A stretch of DNA of 44,271 nucleotides, from positions 1 to 44,271 of the forward strand of contig ML002310.1 in NCBI GenBank assembly GCA_003614675.1, in the 5' to 3' direction. Positions 21,740-34,400 of the stretch are shown one piece after another. Origin of the DNA: Dimargaris cristalligena. Taxonomy: Eukaryota. The notes beneath the pieces are model-generated. The model was not told where the DNA came from, did not search any database, and worked only from the letters and a program-made list of their open reading frames with translations. Every line of letters begins with the position of its first letter. Position 1 is the stretch's first letter. The position numbers and the translations under genes are program-made.

Positions 21740-24700
21740 ATGTTTACCGCCTACTCACCCGAGTCTGTCGCCATGGACCACCAGCACACGGCGGAGTCCG
21801 CTTTGAGCTCGCGCAAAATAATTACGCTTACATCGCCGTTCGTACTGTTGTCCTTCGAATGGGACTACGTGCAAATTGCCGTGACCGAATTCGCGACCCC
21901 TGGAAAAGTCGGCACCGAGAGTGTGGTAAGTGTGACTTTACTTGAGGGGCAGTGGCTCCTTCCCCCCCCTTTCCTTCCAAAAACCCCTTAAACTCCCACG
22001 CTCCCCATAGTAAATGTGGGAGCAGTAGCTGAATTCACCCAACCACTATCGCTCCTAACCCTCTCCCCCTTCTATTCTGTGACTGCTCTATTTTTTTGGT
22101 TATGCCCGAACCTTATAATCAATCCTAATGCATTCCGCAAATGGCCATTGTACGGGACTTTTACGCATTCTGCTCACTTCACGTTGTAACCCCAATAGTC
22201 CTTCCAAATCGATGTGTACGATACCACCCAAGGCTTCTCTTTCATTAGACCTTGGTCAGATTTCCATTGGCTTAACTACAAGGTACGCATGATTATCACC
22301 CTATCTTTGTCGAGCTCGCTCACCATTAAAAAAACGAGGATTGTCCAAGCTTATTTTCCACCGGCTTCCTCTCGGTAATGGGGCGCGAATGGCCTATAAT
22401 ATACCTTGCGCCCATTTCCCCTTCCCCTGCCTTGCTTTCACTCTATTCTAACCACCTACCTATACTATACCTCTGGTACGAATTTGTCATCTTGCACTGC
22501 ACCATGTCCGTTGACTTCTGTATCCTCCCACCACGATGTTATCACGAACCCCCTTTCCCGCTTGATTTTTAATATTTAGCTCCGCCAATACCAGTCCGTC
22601 AACAAATTGACGCTTCCCATTCTCTCCGAGAGCAGCCGTAACCAGCTTACCAAGAATCTCTTTTTCCTCAAGACCAACGCCGAAAAGGTTGAAAAGTATT
22701 TCCGTAAAATCCTGGCCGAACCTTTCCTCCGATGCACTCCCGAGCTGTTTGACTTCATGGCGGCCAAGGGCACTACGGCCGCGGCTAACGGGGGCGTCCA
22801 AGGCTCCACCAAGGCCAGTCGGGCAACGACTGCGATGGCGGACCACGGGTTGGTCGCCAAACCGAACCAGCAGCGGGTGGGCGCCTTGGGCCTGTCCCCC
22901 AAACCCACCACCATGGCCACCGGAGCGGCTCCCGCCCCCCGGGCTAAGAAGGATGTGTTGAAAATTAACACCCAGGACTTGGGTGCCCCTTTCAACGTCA
23001 ACTTCACGGCCCAGCCGCGAACCAAGAAAATGGACAAGGGCGCCATCGCTAATTTCACTGTGCTCGAAAACCAAACCGGTACCAACGACCAAGTGCCCCG
23101 CATTTCGTCAATGACCTCGTCGGCCCGCTTGGAAAACTTTGACCTCCTCAAGGTGGTGGGCCGCGGCTGTATGGGCAAGGTAAGCCCCCCGGTTTTCAAT
23201 TTCCCGGAATTTATTATATTATCATCGGCTTGGCCTTAGAGAGAGAGATGTGGGTATGATTGTGCCTGCGCCAATCAAGAACATTCCAACACTAAGGAAT
23301 ACGACACGTACTTTAATTAATGAAGAGGCCAACCGACTAATCCCATCATGTTTTCTACAACTCTTACATTTTTCACATCCGCCATATCTAGGTTTTCCTG
23401 GCCCGTGATAAGATGACCGACGAGCTGGTGGCTATCAAGTCCATTAGTAAAGAAAAGGTTCTCCGCCAAAACGAAGTGGAGCACATTCTGGGTGAACGCG
23501 ATATCCTGGCCAACATTGCCGATAACAACCACCCCTACCTCATGAAACTGCGCTATTCGTTCCAAACCGAGGGCCATCTTTTCCTGGTCCTCGACTATCT
23601 GCCGGGTGGTGATATTGCCACTCAGCTGGCCCGCTACTACCGCTTTTCCGAAGAACGTAGTCGGTTTTACGCCGCTGAAATCCTGCTGGGTCTGGAGGAA
23701 CTCCACCGTATGGGTATTGTGTATCGGTAAGTCCTAATTTTCTCACTCATTAAACCGTCCTCGACGGAGTGATATAGGGGATTCTCGCTAGGAGAATACT
23801 ACAATGGGAGGGAGTACAATCACGGACCCTTTGAACCCAGTGTGATTGTATACCGGCTGGAGCTGGGCCCCGAATCTCTAAGCCTTGCGATAAACTAGGC
23901 TTACGAGGTTCGGCTTCCCCCCTCCCTCTCTCTCTCGCCCTCTCTCAGCCAGTCTCCCTATCCCATTGCAACTCTTTCGCTCTGGGATTTTCCACACCCT
24001 ACTACATCCTTTCATTAGCACATATTCACTCACACTCCTTCCGCTGTTCACCATATCTGCCCTGCTTTGAATCTTACCAACCATACAGTGACTTGAAGCC
24101 CGAGAACATGCTCATTGACCGCCACGGCCATATTCTACTGACCGACTTTGGTCTGTCCAAGCAGCTGCCCACCGAGGGTTACGATAACCTGGGGTGCCCC
24201 AGATACCGTCGACGCACCAAGACCTTCTGCGGTACTGCCGAATACCTGGCCCCCGAAATGTTGCGTGGTGAAATTTACGACCAGGGCATCGACTTTTGGA
24301 GTCTGGGAACCTGTCTCTATGAAATGATGACCGGCATGGTAAGTGGTGAATATTTTTTTACAAAAATAGATATAATTCATCTGGCTTGTGGTGTAATTTA
24401 CACATACCCAGTTGGGCTGGGAAGCATATGCGAGTATGTTGTTAGGTGGGGGAAAAAGCAGACTCTAAATCCGGTAACATTGTTGCCAGTTCTTCTCGGA
24501 CAGCCACCTATTACCTGCAGTTTATTAATTATTATTATTGTATTTACCTAATGCATCTATATTTCGATAAACCCTCAACTGTCCAATCCCTCACTTTAGA
24601 CTCCTTTCTGGGCCGAGAACCACAGCAAGATGTACCAGCGGGTCCTCTTTGACCGCCTCCACTTCCCGGCCAACATGAGCTGGGAAGCGCGCAGTTTAAT

Positions 24701-25695
24701 TACCGGAGTAAGTCACCGCGATATCTACACATCATAATAATTACCTGTTTGAGCATCCCAAACAAAACTCCACTATATTTGGCCATGCATCGCTTTAGTA
24801 CACAACCATATTGACCCACCCCATTCATTTGCTTCGATGTTTCTAACCCCACCTTTGTGTTTTATACTTTTCCCTGAATCCTTCTCTTCTCCACCCCGCC
24901 GGATGGTGTATATTGACTATCTAATAGCTACTCGCCAAGGACCCCCAAAAGCGCCTTGGTGCTGGTGAATTCGGGGTTGAACAAGTCAAGTCCCACCCCT
25001 TCTTCGCTTCCGTCAACTGGTCCAGTTTCATGGAACGCCGCGTCACCGCCCCGGTGGTACCCCCCGTGGCCCACGCCGAGGACGTGTCCAACTTTGAAGA
25101 CGCCTTCATCAACCTACCCGTCGAACTGGCCGCCACCAACCGCGACTACCTCCAGGAATATTACGCCACCCACGGCTGTCTGGGTTCTAATGGCGTTCTA
25201 GCTACCAATCCCTTCGAGCGCTACGACTACGTCTCCCGGTTTGTGCTCCCTAAGAGCCAGAGCCAGCATATCCACCCCCAATCGCCGGCCCGGGCCATGG
25301 GTTTCGTCCGGGGTCTTTCCCCCCATGCCAACACCCATGCTAAGGCCACCGTTACCGCTACCATGGCTACGGCCCCGCAACAGCTGGTGGGCCAGGTATC
25401 TTTGGAAGGTACCTTTGGGCGGGCGAGCGCCAAGGCCGGTGGTCCCATGAAATCGGCGGCCGTCAGCGACCTGGATTTGGGCTCATTCTTACCCGCCACG
25501 GCCGTGAGCCCGGTCCGTTCGCAGCAACCTACTCCTACTTACCCCCAGTCGAACCTATTCCATAATGTCAATATGGGAACTCTGGAACAACTCCAGAAGC
25601 TCCAGCGGGCTGCCCCCATCGACCACCACAAGGTCTTCCGCCCCACTGACGGGCCGATCACGAAGAAACCGCCCATGATCGAACGCACGAACTAA
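21740..25695 (+). CDS. AGC-family Ser/Thr kinase (Akt/SGK/Ypk-like) with an N-terminal PX-like domain. Exons 21740-21925, 22199-22282, 22580-23179, 23392-23726, 24089-24338, 24600-24707, 24928-25695; 776 aa
   Basis: All six introns are GT..AG and keep the frame. Kinase motifs [67 protein letters not shown] and HPFF, plus AGC C-tail motifs PPV...SNFEDAF and FERYDY. Exons 1-3 give a PX-like pattern ([11 protein letters not shown]...LP...[24 protein letters not shown]). Confidence 0.92.
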
Positions 25696-25792
25696 TCGGT
25701 CGGACCTTTTCCTTTTGTTTATAAGTTTTTTACTACCCATCTGGAATAGAATAGCGGTGATCCAGTAAGGGTATGGGCTCAATCACCCCCCT

Positions 25793-25816
25793 ACACACAC
25801 ACACACACATGCACAC
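25793..25816 (+). repeat. (CA)n microsatellite in the kinase 3' region
   Basis: acacacacacacacacatgcacac. Confidence 0.8.
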
Positions 25817-26752
25817 GCTGTCGTTCGCTTCGACTTGACGACGAGGCAGGCGTATTGTAAAAATTGTACACTTGTAAATTTATATGTATATGTATATGAT
25901 TCCAACCTATTTCCTAAGGTTCTTTTGATCGGTGCTTTATTAATTAGAATCTACGAAACGGCCTTGACTCGTCGTGCTTTTCACACCTTTCTTTTTCAGC
26001 TCTCTCGCACTTCTTTTATCTTTTTTACTATGTTTCTTTCTTACATTCGCCCACTCGACCCACCTCTCCCTATATCCCTGCGACATTACTTCTGTAGATA
26101 GTATGTATATTTATATATTCCTTGAACTTCTACTGTAATCTTGAATCTCGTCTATGATCTTACGAATGCTACTTATTTTGATAACCGGCTGACCATTGTA
26201 TTTTTGTCTATTTTTAAAATTTTCCTTATCTATATATATCTATATGCCCCCCCCCCCAATGTACATTCAACCCAAATAAAAAAGAAGTGCACAATACTAG
26301 GACTCCACTTCTATGTCACTAAGCATCTAGCGATAGGCAGTAGGCGTATAGAATAGTTCAATATATCATTAAATGAGAAAATATTGTCATGACCTCAAAA
26401 TTATACTTAGGCGACCCTCAAAAAACCAACGGAGTAATTTTCTCACCCTACGGATCTTCTTGTAAATGGAGTAAAACCGGGTTGCCCGTGACACGATTAC
26501 ACTGGACGAGCCTGACTTAGATTTCACACGTAACATTTCCATGAACGCCCACTAAATGGTGAAAGTCTCACTGAGAACCCCCCATTCGGTGCCACCGTCA
26601 ATAAAAGGTGGCTTGTTAAAGATGAAGACAGTGAAATACATCCGCCTCCCTTCTGGTAAGGCCAATCCCAACGATTAACATCTTAACCTCCTTTAGGGAC
26701 TCGGGCCTATATTAATCATAACTAATTCGGTCTGGTGATGGTTGTTTGTGCC

Positions 26753-26773
26753 TGTGTGTGTGTGTGTGTGTGT
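26753..26773. repeat. (TG)n microsatellite
   Basis: tgtgtgtgtgtgtgtgtgtgt. Confidence 0.9.
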
Positions 26774-27941
26774 ATAGACATATATATGGAATCTGCCAAC
26801 TTGGCTTCTAAATTCGGCTCCATAACCATTCACAACGCTACTCTCACCGTGATTCACAGGGAAATGCTATATTTGGGGCTTTGGACTAAAAAGTACAACT
26901 AAACCGGGATATCAGACCGAGTGTATTAAAACGGACAAGTGATCAGAAACGGAAATTTCTGGAAATGGCGAATTGTTGTGTGCCTCTTCCGCGCCCTTCA
27001 AGGATTCACTAATGAAGTGGTGCCTAAGCATGGCTGTCAAATCAAACATCCAAGATTCCAAACATAACAAAGGCGGAAAATAGGACTCAAATTTGGATGT
27101 AATTTTGACTTTTTCCTTAGTGTCTAATTGTGTAGCTTGCCAAATTACATTCGGTACTATTTAGCGACATTGTTAGTAAATCATTTCAATACTATCCGTT
27201 CAGCGATATATCGGGAATTCAAACGAGTGACAGGGACTTTTATTGAGATGGAAGTTGAATGTTTGGCAATGGGCCAGAATATGCGATGGAAATGATTTTT
27301 GAGATAAATGAAAAAAAAATATAACTTTTTTGGGGGTCGGCTAAAGAATGAGTCTGGTGGAAATTTAGCCGACAATGGGGCACGAAATAATGCCGACAAG
27401 GACGATGAATAGGCGAAAGCTGAAAAAGAGCAATGATGGGTATGGGTATGTATATATGATGGAGGATTTTGAGAATGAGTCAGTGGAAATGATGATGTGG
27501 GTAGAGGAAGCGGTGGAGATATGGATGATATAATCCTCTAATGCACGGAGCGATAGGTAGGTGCTCTGGATCATTTTTTTTAGAAAGAAAGAAAATGGAA
27601 TGAGAATGGGGTGCAGTGAAAATGACATGGAATTGGGTCAACATGAGGAAATGAATGAGATAATGAGTGAAAGTGTGCATGCGTGGGAGAGAGTGTGAGA
27701 GGCTGTAGAAGTGATAGTGAGGGAGAGTACGAGTGGTGTGGCAAATGCCATGCGAGGCACCCCGAATCAATGACGAGCGCTGAAGACCAGGGGGAGGGGA
27801 TGGGAAATACCATCGATTGAATACTGTTTAGACTGTGGGGGACTACGAGATACTTGGGAGCGGATCCAAAAATAGGCGACAAACGAGGGAACGATCGATG
27901 GACCAATCAAAGCGGAATCTTAAAGGTACCCCCCCTCTTTC

Positions 27942-28442
27942 CTATACCTCGAGTTCGAGGCAATGAAGGAGTAGGGCACTTATTTGGGGGGGACGACGAC
28001 CTGATCGAAGGGCTGGGCCATCAGAGTCAGAGTGGCGGTGCAGGCGGAGGACTGGGTGTTGAAAGTGGCCATTGCGAGTGAAGAGAGGGATGGGGGGAGA
28101 GAGAAGAACGAAGGAACGAACGGAAGGTCGTGAGGGAATGTCGGATGGGTGGAGGGAGTGCAGATGCGGATGCCGGGGCAGGAATGAGGAAGATGATTGA
28201 AATGCTTGTGGAGAATGAGATGCTGAGGAGTGCTGCTGAGGAGGATAATATATCAGAGGAGGCGACGGGGGGTCCCTTTTATATTCCCGGACCCGGTGTG
28301 GCTCAAGCGGTGGTAGTGGTGCCTTAGGCCCAGCTTCAGTGACTGGGAATAATAAGACGGTAAATAATCTTGACATAATTATAAAAAGCAATAAAAAAAA
28401 GAGAGGAAGTACTAGAGCCAACGGCATGGAAGCTCGCCGCAT
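27942..28442 (-). CDS. Candidate small secreted or membrane-anchored protein (166 aa ORF, possibly spliced)
   Basis: ATG start, hydrophobic N-terminus (LALVLPLFFLLLFIIM..LFTVLLFPV), a KR dibasic site, a TATA-like CTATATTATATAG about 150 nt upstream and minus-strand pyrimidine skew. No recognisable domain, and the L/F/P/S richness could come from base skew alone. Confidence 0.3.
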   Translation of the reverse strand: MRRASMPLALVLPLFFLLLFIIMSRLFTVLLFPVTEAGPKAPLPPLEPHRVREYKRDPPSPPLIYYPPQQHSSASHSPQAFQSSSSFLPRHPHLHSLHPSDIPSRPSVRSFVLLSPPIPLFTRNGHFQHPVLRLHRHSDSDGPALRSGRRPPQISALLLHCLELEV

Positions 28443-31400
28443 GGAAAGACGATGAAGGCGGGAAGGGCTAAACTGGTGTAGAGGGATTGACGCATAGCCC
28501 CGAGAGGAAAATAATACTACGTGGGCGAGTCTGGAAAAAGGGAATAGAGGAGGGTTATACTTGGAGTGTATAAGTGTGATGGGTGCTATATAATATAGAT
28601 GTCACCACTAACTATAGCCAATACTGTTTTATTCAATTATTTAGAAAAGCCAGCGCGGGAGAATGAACCAGGGGGTGGCAGCGAATAGAACGAAAGGAGA
28701 GGTGTGTACTGCCCCCTCCCTCTCATTCGGTCGCCTACTGTGTAGCTCATAAGCAACGGTGCTAACCATACACTACCCGCTGCTTACTAAAGTGCAGGGG
28801 AACGCACCAACGACGGTCTCGCAGATGACTAGGCGCTGCCCAGCCGTTGAGATGCACCGACTTCGCCTATCGTCACTTTTATCATCCGAGATACTGCTTG
28901 GTTTCGCGCCTTCACAGAAATAGATTTATATATGTATATCAATATATAATATACATCTCTATGGCCAATGCTCGAACACTCCGGACAATTGACCTCGGCT
29001 CCCATTAGGAACCCACCCAGTGTATGCTTGGAATGCTTCTTAGTCTCTGTTCGGCTGCTGGTTCGATTCCAGGTATTGGGGGGAAAGGAAATGGGATATT
29101 CCCAATCCTCCGCTTAGTCGTCGAACGAATGGGTCCATCGAGCTGCATGTCGCATCCCACCCCAACCGCATTAACTAGCTGGAATTTCTTATCATCCCAT
29201 AGCGTCCTATTCCTTCCTTCTCCGCATCCCTATTACTACCGCTATTGTAGTACATATTGTGAATGGGTGGTAGGCTGGGGGAGGGGTACAGTAACGTCAA
29301 TGTACCTAGGTTCGCATTATCGATGGTAGCTATTGATCTGATGGCCCAACCCTGTCCCCCTTTTCTGTGGTTACGGGCGGGCCGCGCATTTTTTTTTCAT
29401 TAACTGACCTACCCATGTGTGAGATCCATGACCTCGTTTTTTTATGTCAGCTAAGCCGGATTCAATTCGGTCTAGGCTAGCGGTGATTTAGACCCGCTCG
29501 GAGGTGTGGAAAAGGGGGAGACGAGGGCGGAAGGGATCGATCAAATTGCCGTACACCACCATTTTCCCATCCATCTCAGTTTGAGAATCCCTGGCTATGA
29601 TTGTCACTCTCCGATTACGCGCCAATCAATCTATTCGCTCATAGGGCCCTTAGTACAGGGGCCTCGGTTTGTCGTCCCCCCAAGATAATAATAATAATAA
29701 CAATACATTCATTGCCTGTGCTCATTTAATGACAATGGTAATATGAAAGAAGAGGAAAGACTCGCTAAGCTGAGGGTAATCGCTCGGCCGTATTAAAAAG
29801 ACATTCCTCCGACTAGCTATGAGTAATTACTGGCCCCTTCCCTTAAATGAACAATCCAGATTGAATCCAGGGAGTCCCCAACCGTATCGAAATATCCCTC
29901 CGAATAGCGGCCAGTTGCCTTTATTGGCCGGGATAACAATCACACACATGTATATATACACACACGCGCAACACTGTATACAGCATGGCTTTTATTTTAG
30001 ACTGTCCAGCTAGCCATGGGGAATAAAAAAATACAATAGCTAAACATTTCACATTCCTAGGGAGTCTGGCACCATGAAAAGACTTACATATTATTATTTT
30101 TTGCGACTACTGTGATACATTGGTAAATCCTTAGCGTTACGTGAGTTTACTAAGTGCTAGGGTGGGGAGGGGAGGGAGGCGACGCCATGGTGTGCACGGT
30201 TAAACCTGGCCACGACTGCCATTAGTAAACGGTCCTTTGGAAAATACCATCAGTATACCGCCAGGTCGGAGGCGGGTTCATTGTACTCCATTGTTCTCAC
30301 CCATCGGTTGGTGGCATACGTACTATTTCATCGAGCATGCAAACATTACTATACGCTCATGCACTACTAGGAAAATGAATACATAGGGTTGGGCTGGACC
30401 ATCCCCGACCACTGCACCTATGGTTGCAATGAATAGTGATTCTTCATCCTTGTTACGTATGGTGAATGTGCGTAGTAGAGTGAGCGATACTGTCAGTACG
30501 GTTGTAGACTAGTTCTTATCAGTGTCGACGGAAAGCAGAAGAAGAAGAAGAAAATAATAATAACAGGAGGGGTTGCGGTCGGAATAGTTGAGCCGATTCT
30601 ACTAGCCCCATATTACACCCGGCCCAATTAGTGCACCCTCTCGTCAGGCAGGTTCAAGAACCAGGGGGAAGGGAATTCGACCTGCTGTGGCTAGTGAGGG
30701 GGGCATTGACCATTCATTTTCCAGTGGTATAGGCCTTTAATAATACATTTCCAGGTGTAATCCCGGCCGGACCGAACTGGGCCGTAGTAGCCATTGCCCG
30801 AAGCTAAAGCCCCGCCAAACGTAAATAATAAGTGTGGTGTTTTCAGATTGGCAATTCTTATGTATCAGTTGGTGGCCATTGTGCTCATTGAGGGTAGGTA
30901 AGCTACAATGATATCAATAATCCATACCTCTCCACTATTACTTGTCCCATCTTGCGCGATGCTCTTCTTTTTTTCAGCGACAAACGTAGAGCAACTAGCA
31001 ACAGAAGCGTTTCCAGTCTGGCCTAAATTAAAAAGCGGGTCCGTAAATATAGACTAATACTAAACTGCACCAGCTTGGGCGATATTACTCTACCCGTAGA
31101 CTGCGCCATGGGAGGTGGGAACTGCTGCTATCGAGTAGCATACCGGTTTCCTCCAGTCAAGGTAATACATCAGACTGCATGCTACAAGTACAGTGCTAGC
31201 CTTTCCATATTTCCAAAAATAGCGATAGGGAAAAGGGAGGCGACGTAAAATGCGGGTAAAGACGAGTGGAACGGGAGAATCCCCCAGACAAGAAAGAAAG
31301 GGTAGCAGTAGGCGTGCCCGCCCGGCTTCATGGCCCCCCGTCCATGGAATGTACCCTCACCCCGCCCCCTCACTTTCCGCAATAGAAACGTACCACCACG

Positions 31401-34400
31401 GCCTTTTCGTTTAACTCTGCTTTATCGGCCGGAGATGCCCAAAGGTGCAGGAGGCGGCCAGCATCATCCGGATCCGACGTCTTTCGAACCCACTTCCATT
31501 CTCCCTATAATTTATCAGCCATGAAGTGGCAGGCATTGAGTCCCCCCGGTGATGATAATTGAGGCAAGTATAGCCACGATTGGATGGAGGAAGGGGGGAG
31601 GTTTCAGAGGTACCCGGAAATAATAATGTACGCTGTTTACGGGGATTAGTTTTGTACCTAAATATTATCAAACGGGTTGTAGTGAAATCCACTCCAGTGG
31701 GATCTTTGTTGTTTGGCCGATGCTATTTTATACATCCCTATAGATCCCGGACAATGGGCGAAGGCGTTGGTTGTGTTGGTATGCTTGCATGGAGATGGTC
31801 TCATCAATCTGTAAATACTCAGCGCAAATAGATTCCATGGCGACTACTTCTTACCTTCTCTGTCACAACATCAGCATCCACTTGCCGTTAGAGTGTCATC
31901 GTGAGGGTAGTGGTAGTCGGGGCTTTCACCATAGTGGGACTTGGCTTACGTGTCCCCCCCTCTCCCTCCATTCCTCTCTCTCCACCCTGTCAAAATTTTT
32001 AAATTTGGATTCCGGGAAGGGTCAGACTCGTGGGCCAAGCGTTGGCATAGCCTTCCAATTCGTAACCCAGGTCAAAGTCAGTCGATCTTGGGATCTACCA
32101 CCCGTCCCACCTATTATAGAATAATCAGTTGGCGACTTCGACCTAAACGAATATTAAATGACCGGGATTCATAATACATTTCTACCATCGTCAAATATAC
32201 CTTATTCGCTAAGATTTTGAAGGTAGGGCGCGAAGGCGAAGGGCAGTCGACTGTTACGTGGTAATGGTGGTCGGGCGGCTGGTGTTGGTACCTGTGTAGT
32301 TATCAGCCACCATCCGTCCATACTCCAACCCTCACGGAAACTTAATGCCAATCTATTGACAGTCCTTCAGGATTGCCATTTCTTCGCAGCCAGTCTGGTC
32401 CACGTTGATGTTAGTGTGCCTGGGTAGATTAGACACGCGAAATTGAGTGTGGAGGTAGTCAAGAGTAAACAACGCTAGATATTTGAAGGATTAACCTTGC
32501 CAATGAACATAAACGCTTCGCTGACAATGTAGAAGGGCCATATAGCCTAGCCAAGGTCTGGGCGGAGAACAAATCGGGGATGGAAGTTACGTCGCTAGAC
32601 TATACTGGCAGCCATATCCCCCTCCCCACAATGCACCCATATCACAATGGTCCCGATTTCGGTGAGCCCTGAGGTAAAAATAAAAACATACCGACAACTG
32701 CTACTCATTGTTGCTGTGGATAGCTTATCGGGTATCACCCTGGTTCATCATTTCCCTTCATTCATCACCGCAGTAGGATACCAGTCCAATCTCGACGTAA
32801 TAGTGCTATCATATTTGAAATCGGATATCCAAGAACACTCGACTATATTCAGGTTAATCTCGTATGCCAGTGTCTGTAGAATGTGCATTGAGTGCTGCGC
32901 GACGGGAGAATAGTAGATGTAATTAATGAGTCGTAGAGGTAGTATACACCCGGATTCCTTTTCCAATGTATAGTACTGATTCGACATTCGTGGGTTATAT
33001 TGTTTTTTATAAACCAGGTCGGTTCCGGCTCTTGGTATAGTATGTGGGAGTCTAGTCGGATATTAAGGCCCCCCAGCCACTTCGCCAAAGTGCCCCGGCT
33101 CCAAGTGTCTTGGATTAGTATACTTAGGTTGGGGATTGGTAATGACTATTCCAATGAAATTCCGGCAGCGCGGAGTGTGTGCGTGTTTTCTTTTTATAAA
33201 AAGGATTGTTGTTTCGGAAGAATAGGTCTCGAACTAGGATCCGTATTTGCATACAATTACCCATGAGTCGGCCACGCTGCATAGATGTACGCCATCACCG
33301 ATAAACTCCCATCTATCGACCTACCCTGAGCCTGGCTCCTTGTGTACAGCCAACTATTGCTGCAATCCCGAACCTTCCCAAAAAAAATTTAATTACAATA
33401 GGGTACCCGTATGGCGTGTATTTCCCTGCCCCAGCTATGCACCGACATTACCGCCACTGGGATTTTTTTACCGAAGGTCGATACAATGAAGCGGCTATAG
33501 AGAAGGCCGGCGGGTAGGCATGGAGCGAAGAAAGGCTGGGGGTGGGGGCTTACAGCGATTTTTTTTTTAAATATCTATTGTTTTTATTTTTAGTCATCAA
33601 TTGGCCAAGGTAGCTCGGCATCCCTTGATAAATGGTGCAAATCACGCTCTATCTGACCAGTAATATTCTACTGAGATTTAGCATTGCCTATCCGTCACAC
33701 CACATGGCTGGGAAAAATCATCGGAGGAGGACCTTCCCCAACGTGCCACCGCATTTGGTAGTTTAGGGTGATTATTCACCAAACACTGGTGATTCAAGAT
33801 TGCCCTAAATCCAGTAAACGGGGGTAGGCCAACGGAAGAATGAAGGTGCAAGGATGGCCAAAAAAGGCAAACATCTTTACGCTTCTCCTTTACCCACTAT
33901 AAAAAGACATTCAAAGATGGCCATGTTTTCTAGCATCGAAGTTTGAAAGCGCAATCAAGCCGCTAAATTGGGCACAGGCGCCATTTTGAATATTGTGATT
34001 CGTGAAGGCTGAGTATTATTTACCCTTGAAGCACTTTTGAGGAGCCGCCGGTTGCTTCTAAGCCACTAAAATTGGCGTATTCTTCCTTGGGCTACTCACC
34101 AATAGGCTGGCCATTGTGTATACTGGGAAACCAACTTTGTTCTTGCTCCCAGTATATTCAAAAAAGACCCATTTGAAGAGAAATGGCAAGTTGAAGCCCG
34201 CCATAGCGATACAGTCGCTATTTGGAAAAGTGATTTGGCCACTCAAATCCTTTCTCGACCCATGCCCGTTTTACACACCAGCAAGCTATATCTGCAGATC
34301 CAAAGTAGCGTATGGCGCACGACTAACCACATGCAGAATACAGATGGTTAGTAATTTAGCACTGCGGAGGCCTCGGTCCGATTCTTCCACACTCCATGTC

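Noticed and set aside
22487-23199. Two antisense ORFs of about 200 aa over AGC kinase exon 3
   Set aside because: Codon-bias shadows confined to the sense exon.
29055-29075. tRNA T-arm or B-box-like CTGGTTCGATTCCAG
   Set aside because: No D-arm, anticodon arm or acceptor stem could be folded around it.
34080-34160. Minus-strand YWEQEQSWFPSI / MASLLVSSP resembling a hAT dimerisation motif, overlapping a 10-bp inverted repeat (TATACTGGGA..TCCCAGTATA)
   Set aside because: Needs a frameshift, lacks the ERxFS core, and shows no terminal inverted repeats or other transposase motifs.
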